NCBI GenBank assembly: GCA_965198115.1
Contig: OZ240241.1
Coordinates: 4,672,001 to 4,736,000 of the forward strand
Reading direction: 5' to 3'
Origin: Candidatus Latescibacterota bacterium
Lineage (GTDB): Bacteria > Latescibacterota > UBA2968
Length of the DNA: 64,000 bases
A program made the translations under genes and the position numbers. Positions 1-10,756 of this stretch are shown here, one piece after another. Position 1 is the stretch's first letter, and the number at the start of each line of letters is the position of its first letter. The notes under the pieces were generated by a model. It saw only the letters and a program-made list of their open reading frames with translations. It did no database searches and was not told the DNA's origin.

Positions 1-745
1 AGACGACTTGCTCGTTCGGAATCAGACACCAGCATACGCCTGGTCGGGTGGTAAGCTTGCCGACAACCACTTCACCTACGGTCGCTTCAGCGAAGAAAGC
101 GGGCTGACCTGTCGCTTCGTCCTTCCTCAAAAAGGGAAGAAGACACTTCTCGTCCTCCGAGCGTGGAAAAGCGAAAACGCCTACAGTCGATTCATCGCTC
201 GACCGCCATCCAGCCTTCAGAGAGTGATCGACAAAGGGTATGGGGTTGTCGTTCCGCTCCTTTTCGGCCAACAGTCTCCGGAAGTCGTCAAAGCCTATCG
301 CGAGCAGGTCGAGAACAGCTACCTTGCGACCTCCTACAACCGAACCACCCATCAGTACCTGGCCGGCGACATTCTCACGACAGCTGCACTCATCGAGCGC
401 GATCTCGGCATCCCACCCAAGAACGTCATCCTCGTCGCTGAACGGGACATTGCCCTCGTGTCCTTAGTCGGTTGGTCCGCCATCGCCGGCGCGACAAAAT
501 CAGGGCCCATTGTCGCCGACCTGCACGGAATCGACCCGGCGAATCCATCACACTGGGCGCGCCACGCCTACTTTCCCCTCATCCTGCGTGGCGAAGGCGT
601 CCCCGATCTTGCGCGGCTTTGGAAAGGACGACGCGGTGACCTCAGTGGTCTTTCAGGTCGGAGTCGCCGTCTCTTCCCATCGACCATCAAAACGCGTTTG
701 GCGCCGCGCAGCCTCGATCAGCTCATCAACGCGGCGATCCGATAG
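1..745 (+). CDS. 5'-truncated hypothetical protein, possibly the C-terminal alpha/beta-hydrolase-like part of an acetylxylan-esterase-type protein
   Basis: Long ORF at the window edge; weak resemblance (SYNRT...GDILTT) only. Confidence 0.4.
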   Translation, partial: DDLLVRNQTPAYAWSGGKLADNHFTYGRFSEESGLTCRFVLPQKGKKTLLVLRAWKSENAYSRFIARPPSSLQRVIDKGYGVVVPLLFGQQSPEVVKAYREQVENSYLATSYNRTTHQYLAGDILTTAALIERDLGIPPKNVILVAERDIALVSLVGWSAIAGATKSGPIVADLHGIDPANPSHWARHAYFPLILRGEGVPDLARLWKGRRGDLSGLSGRSRRLFPSTIKTRLAPRSLDQLINAAIR

Positions 746-881
746 CTCAGCAATGCCTGCGGCAATGGGAAGAATGCTGTTCGACCTCGCGCACCGTCAC
801 ACTGAGCGGGAGTCGAAGTGTCGGTCATTGCCGTTGTCCCTTCAGATATGATCGGAGCTCGGATATCATCAACGCGATGCC

Positions 882-918
882 TTTAACGCTTGTCGTTAAA
901 CGTGAATCGCTATATCTT
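882..918 (+). promoter_or_regulatory. Putative higBA promoter with HigA operator palindrome
   Basis: TTTAACG-cttgt-CGTTAAA inverted repeat (882-900) overlapping -35 TTGTCG (890-895); 17-bp spacer; -10 TATCTT (913-918). Confidence 0.6.
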
Positions 919-923
919 GAAAA

Positions 924-1205
924 GTGATCAGGTCATTCCGCAACAGGGAAACTCGGCAGCTGTTCGATCGTCAGACAACGCGCAGACTGCCGCAAGCAAT
1001 TCACCGAACAGCATTCCGAAAATTACGAATGATCCATCGGTCGACTACTCTGGACGATCTTAGAATACCGCCTGGAAACCGACTGGAAAAACTTCGGGGA
1101 GATAGGTCGAATCAGCATAGTATTCGCATCAATGATCAGTGGCGGATCTGCTTTCGATGGGACGGCAAAGATGCTTACGACGTCGAAATCGTAGATTACC
1201 ACTAG
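924..1205 (+). CDS. higB: HigB-type toxin (RelE/ParE superfamily)
   Basis: MIRSF...LRIPPGNRLEKLRGDR..QHSIRINDQWRICFRW...VEIVDYH signature. Confidence 0.93.
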   Translation: MIRSFRNRETRQLFDRQTTRRLPQAIHRTAFRKLRMIHRSTTLDDLRIPPGNRLEKLRGDRSNQHSIRINDQWRICFRWDGKDAYDVEIVDYH

Positions 1206-1216
1206 AGGATAACGCA

Positions 1217-1510
1217 ATGGCAAAACTCAAACCGCTTCATCCTGGCGAAGTTCTACTCGAGGAATTCCTCAAGCCTATGGAACTGAGCCAGAACCGTCTC
1301 GCGCTCTCTGTGAGCGTTCCTGCGCGTCGCATCAACGAAATCGTCCTTGGTAAGCGAGGCGTGACAGCTGATACGGCGCTGAGACTGGCACGATACTTCG
1401 GCATGTCAGCACAATTCTGGCTGGGACTACAGATGGACTATGAGCTGGACAGGGCAGAAGATCACCTAGCGAAGCGATTGGATAGGGAGGTGCGACCCTA
1501 CAGGGAATAG
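1217..1510 (+). CDS. higA: HigA antitoxin (HTH)
   Basis: HPGEVLLEEFL...RINEIVLGKRGVTADTALRLARYF...FWLGLQ; GAGG RBS; follows the toxin gene. Confidence 0.93.
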   Translation: MAKLKPLHPGEVLLEEFLKPMELSQNRLALSVSVPARRINEIVLGKRGVTADTALRLARYFGMSAQFWLGLQMDYELDRAEDHLAKRLDREVRPYRE

Positions 1511-1615
1511 CTACCCCTTTTCGGATCTCGGCTATCAACCGAATCGATATCCGAAATCCGATTGACGAAATCTGAGGTTAGAGATGGCAACACGTCACAC
1601 GGCAAGGAAACGCGA

Positions 1616-3181
1616 ATGATACCCGCACACACCTTCTCGAGCGCTCTCCCCTTGATGGTCGGCTGGATCGAGCCCGACGGCTCAAAAGACCCGGCCGGAG
1701 GAGGTGAGCACAAGCTTGGCGCTACGACTGTCGGCGGCCGTTCCGTCGATGTCCCCGAGTGTCGTGTCTGGTATGTGGAGCCTCGTCACGGGATGGACGG
1801 TTGGTCGTGGGACGACGTCATTGAAGAGGTCGGCCGGCAAAAGATCCCCGGTCTATCCGTCGGGCAACAGATCGATGACGCCACACTGGCAAGGCTCGGT
1901 GCGCTGGATCACCTCCACTATCTCGATCTTTCAGGCTGCGCGGATATCACCGATAGCGCTCTCCTCGAGCTCTCCAGCCTGGTCAACCTGAAGCGTCTCC
2001 ATCTCGTCAACTGCAAGCAGATCACGGACATCGGTCTATCCGTCCTGCTGTCTTTTCCAAATCTCTGTGTGGTCCGTCTGGATCGCATGTCCGGCATCTC
2101 CGATGCCGGTGTCGCCAACCTTGCCGACCACACGGATCTACAGATGGTCACGATGCACAACGCGAACGTTGGAGACGGCGCAATCCGGGCGCTCGCCGGA
2201 AAACCCTCCCTCACCCACTTTGCTCCTGGCAGTCTCACGACCGACGACGGGCTTGCCACACTCCCGGAATACCCGGCGCTTGCAGAGTGGAGTGACGGCC
2301 GACAGACCTTTCAGAACAACGAATACGGCCCGCCTGTTCCTTCGTGTTTATCGTTCGATCTGAGAGGCGGTATGCCTATCACGGATGCCGGGCTCGTCCA
2401 TCTCACCCAGTTCCAGGGTGTCTTCGAGATGGGACTTGCGCACCAATTGCCCGAAAGCACCGTCTCGGGCGTGGGCGCGGAACACATCGCGAAGATGGCA
2501 AACGTGCGAATCCTTCGATGGGCCGAAAAGGTCTGCGACAGTGAGACCCTCACCCACATCGGCACGATGGAATCGCTGCGCGACCTCATATGCTTTAACG
2601 CCACGGCCGACGACGAAGGCTTCACTGCACTCTCGGGATGTGACTCGCTCGAATACATCCTCACTCAACGATGCGACTTCATCACCCAGCCCACAGTCGA
2701 AGGGTTCTCACGCCTCCCCAATCTCACGCGTCTCAACGTCGGCGGGGAACGTCTCGACGACGACAGCCTGGAGCCGCTGTCTCGCTACCCCTGCCTCGAA
2801 GAATTCTGGCCCACGTTCTACGGAGATGCAGCCTACCGTCACGTCGGCCAGGTCAAGGGTCTCAAACGTCTCGTCAACATGTATTGCAAAGAAACGGGCG
2901 ATCCGGCGACAGAGCACATCAGCGGCCTTACCCAACTCCAGAAGTACCACGTCTGGGGCACGGAGATCACGGATCGTAGTTTGGAACTGATGAGTCAGAT
3001 GGACGCGCTCGAAAGCGTCCTGTTCTGGAACTGTCCGGGCATCACCGACGACGGGCTCTCACGCCTGACACGGCTTCCCCAGCTCTACACTCTCGATCTT
3101 CAACAGTGTGCGGGGCTGACACCTCGATGCGTCGAAGGCTTTCGTGCGGATGTGAGAGTCAACTTCCAGCCCTCGAATTAA
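1616..3181 (+). CDS. Leucine-rich repeat protein (cysteine-containing/FBXL-like LRRs)
   Basis: Repeated LxxLxLxxCxxITDxGL units; AAGGA RBS before ATG 1616. Confidence 0.8.
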   Translation: MIPAHTFSSALPLMVGWIEPDGSKDPAGGGEHKLGATTVGGRSVDVPECRVWYVEPRHGMDGWSWDDVIEEVGRQKIPGLSVGQQIDDATLARLGALDHLHYLDLSGCADITDSALLELSSLVNLKRLHLVNCKQITDIGLSVLLSFPNLCVVRLDRMSGISDAGVANLADHTDLQMVTMHNANVGDGAIRALAGKPSLTHFAPGSLTTDDGLATLPEYPALAEWSDGRQTFQNNEYGPPVPSCLSFDLRGGMPITDAGLVHLTQFQGVFEMGLAHQLPESTVSGVGAEHIAKMANVRILRWAEKVCDSETLTHIGTMESLRDLICFNATADDEGFTALSGCDSLEYILTQRCDFITQPTVEGFSRLPNLTRLNVGGERLDDDSLEPLSRYPCLEEFWPTFYGDAAYRHVGQVKGLKRLVNMYCKETGDPATEHISGLTQLQKYHVWGTEITDRSLELMSQMDALESVLFWNCPGITDDGLSRLTRLPQLYTLDLQQCAGLTPRCVEGFRADVRVNFQPSN

Positions 3182-3260
3182 GATCCAGGCAACCTGTCTG
3201 AAACCCAGCACCCTGACCTCCGGTCGAACGACCACGCCTAATCTTCCTGACGGAGGTTGG

Positions 3261-4092
3261 ATGTCCAATCCGCTATTCGACACACCTTCTATCGACGTCT
3301 CGCCACTTGAATTTCTCGAGTCGGCGGGACAGATCACGCGCACGTTCGGCTTGCACACGCAGGACTCGGGCAACGATTCCTATATCATTGCCATCCACGA
3401 CGAGAGCTACTTCGTCAAAACAGCTGGCGATCCCGCCTATTCCGATCCGCTGAGACCGTTCGACGGGCGCGTGAAGTTACTCCGCAACACAGTCCGATTG
3501 CGCCAGAGCTGCGACCATCCGAATCTCCCCATCCTCCACAACACCATCGAATCGCCGAGGGGTCCGCTGCTTGTCTACGAATGCGTGGAGGGTGACCTGC
3601 TGAGCAGTTCCAAAACAGACCCGACTTCCCTACAATCGTTTCCGTTCGATGCCAGTTGAGAGGATTCTCCGTGCTCTCGATTCGATCTACGACACGCACG
3701 TGGCCCTCTCCGAACGTAATTGGGTGATGGTCGACTTCTACGACGGCGCTGTCATCTACGACTTCCCGACCGAGGACATTCACCTCATCGATCTCGATAT
3801 GTATCACCAGGGTCCATTGACGAACACGCTCGGACGTTGGTGGGGATCTTCACGATTTATGGCCCCGGAGGAGTTCGAAAAGGGCGCCGTCCTCAATGAC
3901 CGTACGTCTGTGTTTACACTCGGGAAGAGTGCCGCCGTCTTCCTATCCGACACGACTCTCACCCGATCCCCCTTCCGCGCATCAGATGCTCTCTTCGACG
4001 TTGTGACGCACGCTTGCCAGCAAAACCCGTCTGATCGCTATCCCTCCGTCACCGCCTTCCACGAAGCCTGGCTCGACGCGCGAGGAGCTTGA
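3261..4092 (+). pseudogene. Ser/Thr protein kinase-like, frameshifted near 3630-3650
   Basis: ORF 3261-3659 (YFVK, LVYE) plus ORF 3649-4092 (DFYDG, LIDLD, FMAPEE) make one kinase fold; the shift may be an assembly error. Confidence 0.7.
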
Positions 4093-4154
4093 CCTGCGAA
4101 GGTTTGGGTGCCGATCTTGAGCGTTCCGGAATCCCACTTTTCGCGGAGCGATCT

Positions 4155-4901
4155 ATGTCAGCCCCTCTGTTCGAGAACCGCACGGCGGTCGTTACTGGTG
4201 GAAGCCGAGGCATCGGGCGATCCATCTGCATCATGCTGGCCGAGGACGGTGCCAGAGTCGTCATCAACTATCGCGAGAACGAGGCGGCTGCGCAGGAAAC
4301 CCTGTCGATGGTCGAAGCAGTCGGCGCGGAGGGGTTGCCCGTACGCGCGGACGTTTCCCAGGAAACCGAAGTCGCACGCATGATAGACGAGGTTCGCGGC
4401 CGCTTCGGCCCCGTCGACCTCCTCGTCAACAACGCAGCTATAGCAGCCAGCGAACATCACACGGCGTTCGGTTTCGACACGTGGCAGCGCATGTTTCAGA
4501 TCAACGTTGATGGGCCGTTCCTGACCACCTGGGCTGTCAAAGACGGAATGCTCGAGCGCAAATTCGGGCGAATCGTCAACATCGCCTCTCTCGCCGGCAT
4601 TGCGATCAAAAAGGAAATGATTCACTACGCGACGACCAAGGCCGCCGTCATGTCGTTCACGCGGCATTGCGCGGAGGCTTTCGCCCCTCACGTACGCGTC
4701 AATTGTGTGGCGCCCGGTTTGACGGACACGGAACTCGCCCGCTCTGCCAACCCGGACATGGTGGAACAACTCATCGCGGCCACTCCGATGGGCAGAATGG
4801 CGCAACCTTCAGAAATGGCTTCCGCCGTTCGCTTTCTCCTGTCGGAGGAGTCGAGCTACATCACCGGCCAGACGATCTCCGCGTGCGGGGGAAGAACCTA
4901 G
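4155..4901 (+). CDS. SDR oxidoreductase (FabG-like)
   Basis: TGGSRGIG, NNA, YATTK, VAPG motifs. Confidence 0.92.
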   Translation: MSAPLFENRTAVVTGGSRGIGRSICIMLAEDGARVVINYRENEAAAQETLSMVEAVGAEGLPVRADVSQETEVARMIDEVRGRFGPVDLLVNNAAIAASEHHTAFGFDTWQRMFQINVDGPFLTTWAVKDGMLERKFGRIVNIASLAGIAIKKEMIHYATTKAAVMSFTRHCAEAFAPHVRVNCVAPGLTDTELARSANPDMVEQLIAATPMGRMAQPSEMASAVRFLLSEESSYITGQTISACGGRT

Positions 4902-4941
4902 TCGGACCTTTTCGATTACCTGACCCAATCCCCTATGCGAG

Positions 4942-4961
4942 GGACGGTTCGCGAACCGTCC
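4942..4961. repeat. REP-like perfect palindrome
   Basis: GGACGGTTCGCGAACCGTCC, intergenic, followed by TTAC. Confidence 0.6.
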
Positions 4962-4986
4962 TTACGATGATCTGATCCAGGAGAAA

Positions 4987-6369
4987 ATGGCCATCGACCA
5001 AGATCTCTTCGAAGCCTACCGAGCCTCTCGCCCCAAGGCAGCCGCTTTGTTCGCTCGCGCAGAGAAATCGCTCGGCGGGGGCGTCGGCCACGACCTTCGC
5101 CACGCCACGCCCGTTCCTCTCTACATCGAGCGGGGCGAAGGGGGGCGGAAGTGGGACATCGACGGGCACGAGTACATCGACTTCCTGCTCGGGAACGGTG
5201 CGCTTCTGCTCGGGCACGCACCGCCTGCCGTCGTCGAAGCCATCGCTTCGGTCGCGGGCGACGGCACGCACTTTGGCAACGATCATCCCTTGCAAATCGA
5301 GTGGGCAGAGCGTGTCCAGGAGCTCGTTCCGTCCGCCGAGCGTGTGCGCTTCGTGAATTCAGGCACGGAGGCGACACTCCTGGCCCTCCGGCTCGCACGC
5401 GCCTTCACGGGTCGTACCAAGATCATCCGGTTCGAGGGTCACTTTCACGGTTGGCACGACGATTTGGTCCACGGTTACCAGCCGCCCTTCGACGCCGAGG
5501 GCTCGCTCGGAATCCCACTCGAGGTACGAAACCATACGGTCCTCGTGCCGGATGGGGACCTGATGGCTGTCGAACAGGCGTTGGATCGTGACCCGGACAT
5601 CGCCGGTGCCATCCTTGAGCCGTCCGGTGCTTCGTGGGGACGGGTTCCTATCGATCCTGAATTCCTGAAGGGGTTGAGGGAGCTGACGACCCGAAGAAAT
5701 GTCGTGCTCATCTTCGACGAAGTGGTAACCGGCTTTCGTTACAGCCCGGGTGGCGCTCAACAGTTCTATAACGTCGTACCAGACCTCTCTTGTTTCGCGA
5801 AGATCCTGACCGGAGGCATGCCTGGCGGCGCCGTCGTCGGTCGACAGGATGTGATGGCCTTGTTCGACTACACCGGTGATCCCCAGCACGACCGCTTCGG
5901 TCGGGTCGTGCATTTGGGCACCTTCAATGCGTCCCCCCTCACGGCAGCCGCCGGCATCGCGCTCCTCAAGCAGGTCGCCACGGGACAACCGATCGCAAAA
6001 GCGAATGCCGCGGCAGAAAAGCTTAGATCATCCTTCGACCAGGTCCTCGTCACCCACAACATCGCGGGTTACGTCTACGGCGTCTCCTCGACCTTCCACG
6101 TCTACTTTGAAACGGACACCGACCGGATACGAGCTGCTTCGACACGCGAAGACCTGAAAACGAAGGAACCGAAACGGCTGAAAGGGATGCCGGGGGACCT
6201 GATCGACGAGTATCAACGACATCTGCGGTTTCACGGCGTGGACATCATGAGCTCCACCGGGGGCGCCCTCTCATCCGCTCACGACGATCGGGACATCAGA
6301 GATGCGACGGCAGCGTTCGAGAAAACCGTTCTCGCGCTTCGCGACAGCGGCCTGATCCACACACTCTGA
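4987..6369 (+). CDS. Class III PLP aminotransferase (glutamate-1-semialdehyde aminomutase-like)
   Basis: NSGTEA, FHGW, LIFDEVVTGFR, FAKILTGGMP, GTFN. Confidence 0.88.
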   Translation: MAIDQDLFEAYRASRPKAAALFARAEKSLGGGVGHDLRHATPVPLYIERGEGGRKWDIDGHEYIDFLLGNGALLLGHAPPAVVEAIASVAGDGTHFGNDHPLQIEWAERVQELVPSAERVRFVNSGTEATLLALRLARAFTGRTKIIRFEGHFHGWHDDLVHGYQPPFDAEGSLGIPLEVRNHTVLVPDGDLMAVEQALDRDPDIAGAILEPSGASWGRVPIDPEFLKGLRELTTRRNVVLIFDEVVTGFRYSPGGAQQFYNVVPDLSCFAKILTGGMPGGAVVGRQDVMALFDYTGDPQHDRFGRVVHLGTFNASPLTAAAGIALLKQVATGQPIAKANAAAEKLRSSFDQVLVTHNIAGYVYGVSSTFHVYFETDTDRIRAASTREDLKTKEPKRLKGMPGDLIDEYQRHLRFHGVDIMSSTGGALSSAHDDRDIRDATAAFEKTVLALRDSGLIHTL

Positions 6370-6408
6370 TCACTGGGTTTTCCTGAATACCGAACACCGT
6401 TTTTTCCC

Positions 6409-7830
6409 ATGTCAAACACCGAACTCTGCTACCTGACCGCGACCGAACTTGCGCTGCGTATACGCGAAAAAGACGTCTCCGCCCGCGAGGTCCTCGATGC
6501 CCACCTCACCCAGATCGATCGGATCAATCCAAAGGTCAACGCGATCGTCAGCATGGTTCCCGATCGGGCAAAGACGGCAGCAGCAGCAGCTGACGAGGCC
6601 CTCGCTCGAGGCGACACGATCGGCGCCCTGCACGGCCTGCCCATCGCGCACAAGGACCTCGTCGACACGGAAGGCATCCCATCGACACAGGGCTCGCTCA
6701 TCTACGCCGACCACGTGCCCGAAGCGGATGCGCTCATCGTCGAACGCATCAAGGGAGCGGGCGCCATCACCCTCGGTAAGACCAACGTCCCCGAATTCGG
6801 AGCCGGCTCGCAGACCTTCAACCAGGTCTTCGGCGAAACGTTGAACCCCTACGACCTGAGCCGCACGTGTGGGGGAAGCAGCGGGGGCGCCGGGGCTGCC
6901 CTGGCTTGTCGCATGCTCCCCATCGCCGACGGTAGCGACCTCGGTGGTTCGCTTCGCAATCCGGGCAACTTCAACAACATTGTCGGATTTCGCGTCAGTC
7001 CGGGTCGCGTCCCGGGCTATCCAAACGGCATCGGATGGTTTCCTCTCTCGGTCCAGGGACCTATGGCGCGTACCGTCGACGACACCGCGCTCCTTCTCAG
7101 CGCCATCGCAGGTTTCGATCGGCGCTCCCCCCTCGCCATCGCCGAACCGGGTAAGCGGTTTCTCCAGTCTCTCGACCGAGACTTCACTGGCTGTCGCATC
7201 GCGTGGAGCCGTGACCTCAACGGCCTGCCCGTCGACCCGCGAGTCACCGACGTCCTCGAAGCCAAGCGCCACATCTTCAGCGATCTCGGCTGCGTCGTCG
7301 AAGATGCAGAACCGGACTTCACCGGTGCCGACGAAGCGTTCAAAGCAATGCGGGCGTGGCGGTTCGAGGTCGCCCAGCGTGACCATCTCGAGCATCACAG
7401 GGACAAAGTCAAAGACACCGTTATCTGGAATGCGGAAGCGGGACAGAAACTCACGGGCCCGGAACTGGCCACAGCCGAGCAGAAAAGGACTGAACTCTAC
7501 CATTGCTTCCGCGTGTTCCTGGAGGACTACGATTTCCTCGTCTGCCCCGTCAACCAGGTCCCCCCGTTCGACATCAAGAAACCCTACATCACCGAAATCA
7601 ACGGGGTGCAGATGGAGACCTACATCGACTGGATGAAATCGTGCTACTACATCACGGTCACATGTCATCCAGCCATCTCCGTCCCTTGCGGCTTCACACC
7701 TGAGGGCCTGCCCGTCGGTATCCAGATCGTCGGCCGCTACCAGGACGATTTCGGTGTGCTGCAGATGGCCAGGGGGTTCGAGTCGGCCACAGAGACCTGG
7801 AAACGTCTGCCGCCTGTGTTGGAAAAGTAG
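6409..7830 (+). CDS. Amidase signature family enzyme
   Basis: HKD, GKTNVPEFG, GGSSGG, GSDLGGSLRNP. Confidence 0.93.
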   Translation: MSNTELCYLTATELALRIREKDVSAREVLDAHLTQIDRINPKVNAIVSMVPDRAKTAAAAADEALARGDTIGALHGLPIAHKDLVDTEGIPSTQGSLIYADHVPEADALIVERIKGAGAITLGKTNVPEFGAGSQTFNQVFGETLNPYDLSRTCGGSSGGAGAALACRMLPIADGSDLGGSLRNPGNFNNIVGFRVSPGRVPGYPNGIGWFPLSVQGPMARTVDDTALLLSAIAGFDRRSPLAIAEPGKRFLQSLDRDFTGCRIAWSRDLNGLPVDPRVTDVLEAKRHIFSDLGCVVEDAEPDFTGADEAFKAMRAWRFEVAQRDHLEHHRDKVKDTVIWNAEAGQKLTGPELATAEQKRTELYHCFRVFLEDYDFLVCPVNQVPPFDIKKPYITEINGVQMETYIDWMKSCYYITVTCHPAISVPCGFTPEGLPVGIQIVGRYQDDFGVLQMARGFESATETWKRLPPVLEK

Positions 7831-7866
7831 AGGCTGGGCACCCGACCTGAGGATCGCGTCCCTCTT

Positions 7867-8119
7867 TTGAGCGCACCCACACACATCACCTTATCGGACG
7901 AGCGGAAGCAGCGCATTCTCACCGGGCTTGCAAGACTTTACCGTGAGGATTTCGACGAGAATCTCAGTCCGTACCAGGTCAAACGTATTTTGGATTTCTT
8001 CGTCAAGTCCCTCGGCGCACCGGTCTACAACCAGGCAAATCGCCGACGCGAGAGCGTTTGTCGCTCGAAAGATGGAAGACCTCGACGCAGAGTTTTACGA
8101 ACCTGAAGACGAGTCGTGA
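7867..8119 (+). pseudogene. DUF2164-like small protein, frameshifted near 8038
   Basis: ILDFFVKSLGAPVYNQA continues in another frame as IADARAFV...LDAEFYE; apparent extra A in CAAATC. Confidence 0.6.
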
Positions 8120-8233
8120 TCGTCCAGACCACTGAAGTTCTTCTGTTTCCGATCCTGCGTCCTTCCCGGCCACTCCCTTCCGAGCTATCTTGATGCTTCA
8201 TTCGATCACCGATCTTCCATTCGGAGTACTGAA

Positions 8234-9865
8234 ATGACCGTTGCCGACGCCATCGCACATATCCTGAAAAAGGAGGGGGTCGACATCCTCTTCGCCTACC
8301 CCGTGAACGCCCTGATCGAAGCGGCTGCGAAGATCGACATCCGACCGATCCTGGTACGCCAGGAGCGCATCGGTCTCCACATGGCTGACGCCGTGAGCCG
8401 CCTGTCCTCAGGGGAACGAATCGGCGTCTTCTGCATGCAGACGGGCCCCGGAGCCGAAAATGCCTTCGGTGGCGTCGCTCAGGCGTTTGGCGAATCGGCA
8501 CCCGTTCTCGCACTCCCGGGTGGTTTCTCGCGACCGCTCGCGCACATCTCGCCCAACTTTTCGTCCTACCTGAACTTCCAGCACGTCACGAAATCGTGCG
8601 AAACCATCACGGTGCCCGATTCCGTCACGGAGGTCATGCGTCGAGCTTTTACGCAGCTCAGGAATGGCCGGCCTGGACCTGCGCTCGTCGAAATTCCAGG
8701 GGATGTCTTTGGAGCGGAGATCGACGACGTCGCATACACACCGACGCGCGCGGTCCGCATTGGCCCGGATCCCGATGCCATCGATGAAGCTGCAGCCGCC
8801 CTGGTCGACGCCGAACGCCCCGTCATCTACGCGGGCCAGGGCATTCACTACGCAAAGGCGTGGGACGCTCTTCGCGATCTCGCCGAACTGCTGGAAGCGC
8901 CCGTCACCACGACCATCGGCGGAAAGAGTGCCTTTCCCGAAAGCCACGATCTCGCCCTCGGCACAGCTGGCAGGACCGTATCGTCAGCCGTCCACACCTT
9001 CCTGACCGAATCCGATCTCATCTTCGGGATCGGAAACAGCTTCACGCGAACACCCTTCGGCGTGAAAATCCCGGACGGGAAGACCATCGTCCACGCCACG
9101 CTCGACCCGGGCGACCTCAACAAAGACGTCGAGGTGCACCACCCCGTCGTCGGCGACGCCGGCCTCGTCCTCGCGGCACTCCACGAAGCCATCTCCGACC
9201 GGCTCGGCGGCAAACCCAGAGGCCGTCGCAACGACATCGCCGCCAAAATCAATAGCCTGGACGAAACATGGCTGACACAGTGGCAACCGAAACTCACTGA
9301 CGCTTCGACGCCCTTCTCGCCCTATCGCGTCATCCGCGAGCTCAACACGATCGTCGACCTCAACAATACCATCGTCACCCACGACGCCGGAAGCCCACGC
9401 GATCAGATGACTCCCTTCTGGACGGCGACCGTTCCGCTCTCCTACATCGGCTGGGGCAAGACGACGCAGCTGGGGTACGGACTCGGGCTCGCCATGGGCG
9501 CCAAACTCGCCCATCCCGACAAGCTCTGTATCAACGTCTGGGGCGACGCGGCCATCGGTTTCACCGGAATGGACTTCGAGACCGCCGTCCGCGAGCGCAT
9601 CCCCATCCTATCCGTCCTCTTCAACAACGAATCGATGGCCATCGAACTGCCGATCATGCCCGTTTCAACAGAGAAATACCGAAGCACCGACATCTCCGGA
9701 AACTACGCGAAAATGGCCGAAGCTTTTGGTGGATATGGAGAGAGGATCGAGTCACCCGACGAGATCGTTCCCGCAATCGAACGCGGGATTCGAAAGACTG
9801 AAGAAGGCATGCCTGCCCTGCTCGAATTCAAAACGACTAAAGAGCTCGACCTTTCGCTTTTCTGA
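8234..9865 (+). CDS. ThDP-dependent enzyme (acetolactate synthase-like family)
   Basis: RQE catalytic Glu, GRPGP, GDAA...NN ThDP motif. Confidence 0.9.
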   Translation: MTVADAIAHILKKEGVDILFAYPVNALIEAAAKIDIRPILVRQERIGLHMADAVSRLSSGERIGVFCMQTGPGAENAFGGVAQAFGESAPVLALPGGFSRPLAHISPNFSSYLNFQHVTKSCETITVPDSVTEVMRRAFTQLRNGRPGPALVEIPGDVFGAEIDDVAYTPTRAVRIGPDPDAIDEAAAALVDAERPVIYAGQGIHYAKAWDALRDLAELLEAPVTTTIGGKSAFPESHDLALGTAGRTVSSAVHTFLTESDLIFGIGNSFTRTPFGVKIPDGKTIVHATLDPGDLNKDVEVHHPVVGDAGLVLAALHEAISDRLGGKPRGRRNDIAAKINSLDETWLTQWQPKLTDASTPFSPYRVIRELNTIVDLNNTIVTHDAGSPRDQMTPFWTATVPLSYIGWGKTTQLGYGLGLAMGAKLAHPDKLCINVWGDAAIGFTGMDFETAVRERIPILSVLFNNESMAIELPIMPVSTEKYRSTDISGNYAKMAEAFGGYGERIESPDEIVPAIERGIRKTEEGMPALLEFKTTKELDLSLF

Positions 9866-9883
9866 CCATCTGAGGAGATCACC

Positions 9884-10756
9884 GTGAACGCGGACTGTCT
9901 GAAACACTCGCTGACGGAACCAGAACGCACGCAGTTCGAAGAAAACGGGTTCCTCTTCGTCGAGGACGCTTTGACACGCGAAGAGGTCGATCGACTAATC
10001 GCCGCAATCGATCGACTCCACGGCGAAGCGCTCGAAGCCGATCAGACCGAACAAGGAAAGCCGTGGGGCAAGGCGAACTTGCTGGGTCAGGATCAAGCCT
10101 TTCTCGACCTCGTCGACAACCCGATCGTCTTGCCAAAGATCTGGGGCATCATGGGGTGGAACATCTTCTCCTACCACACGCACCTCCACGTCAAACCACC
10201 CGCCGCCCAGGACACGGACGAGGCCGAAGGCTGGATGGAATGGCATCGTGACAGTGGTCAGGTCAACAAGGACATTCGCGTCCATCCCCCCGCCCGGCTC
10301 TCGCTCAAAGTCGCCTACTTCCTCACGGACGTCTCCGAACCGGGCCGAGGCAACTTCCACGTGATCCCAGGCAGCCATCTGTCCGACGAGATGCCCGAAT
10401 TCCACGAAGTCGGTCGCGATCCGCAGGAGAGAAAGGCAACCAGCATCCCCGACGACGCCTTCCCGATCTGCGCGAAACCCGGGACAGCGGTCTTTTTCGA
10501 CCGGCGAACCGTCCACGCCCGAAGCTCTAACGTCTCCGAATTCACGCGAAAGGCGGTCTTCTACGGCTACGGTCACCGTTGGATCAGCCCCAAGGACCCC
10601 ATGACCGTCGACCACGTCATCGAAGGCTGCGATCCCATCCGTCGCCAGCTGCTGGGCTACACCACTTCACCCAACGGCCGCTACGTTCCCACCGAAGAAG
10701 ATGTGCCCTTGCGCGCCTGGCTGGAAGAGCACGCGCCGGAGGAGATGTTGGTATAG
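9884..10756 (+). CDS. PhyH-family Fe(II)/2OG dioxygenase
   Basis: QFEENGFL, WHRD, VIPGSH, TVHARS. Confidence 0.88.
   Translation: MNADCLKHSLTEPERTQFEENGFLFVEDALTREEVDRLIAAIDRLHGEALEADQTEQGKPWGKANLLGQDQAFLDLVDNPIVLPKIWGIMGWNIFSYHTHLHVKPPAAQDTDEAEGWMEWHRDSGQVNKDIRVHPPARLSLKVAYFLTDVSEPGRGNFHVIPGSHLSDEMPEFHEVGRDPQERKATSIPDDAFPICAKPGTAVFFDRRTVHARSSNVSEFTRKAVFYGYGHRWISPKDPMTVDHVIEGCDPIRRQLLGYTTSPNGRYVPTEEDVPLRAWLEEHAPEEMLV

Noticed and set aside
4987-6369. Calling the aminotransferase hemL
   Set aside because: Family-level similarity only; no tetrapyrrole gene context
6412-7884. 490-aa antisense ORF (likewise 11367-12608, 57541-58791, 61455-62357)
   Set aside because: In-register shadows of high-GC3 sense genes, with no recognisable motifs
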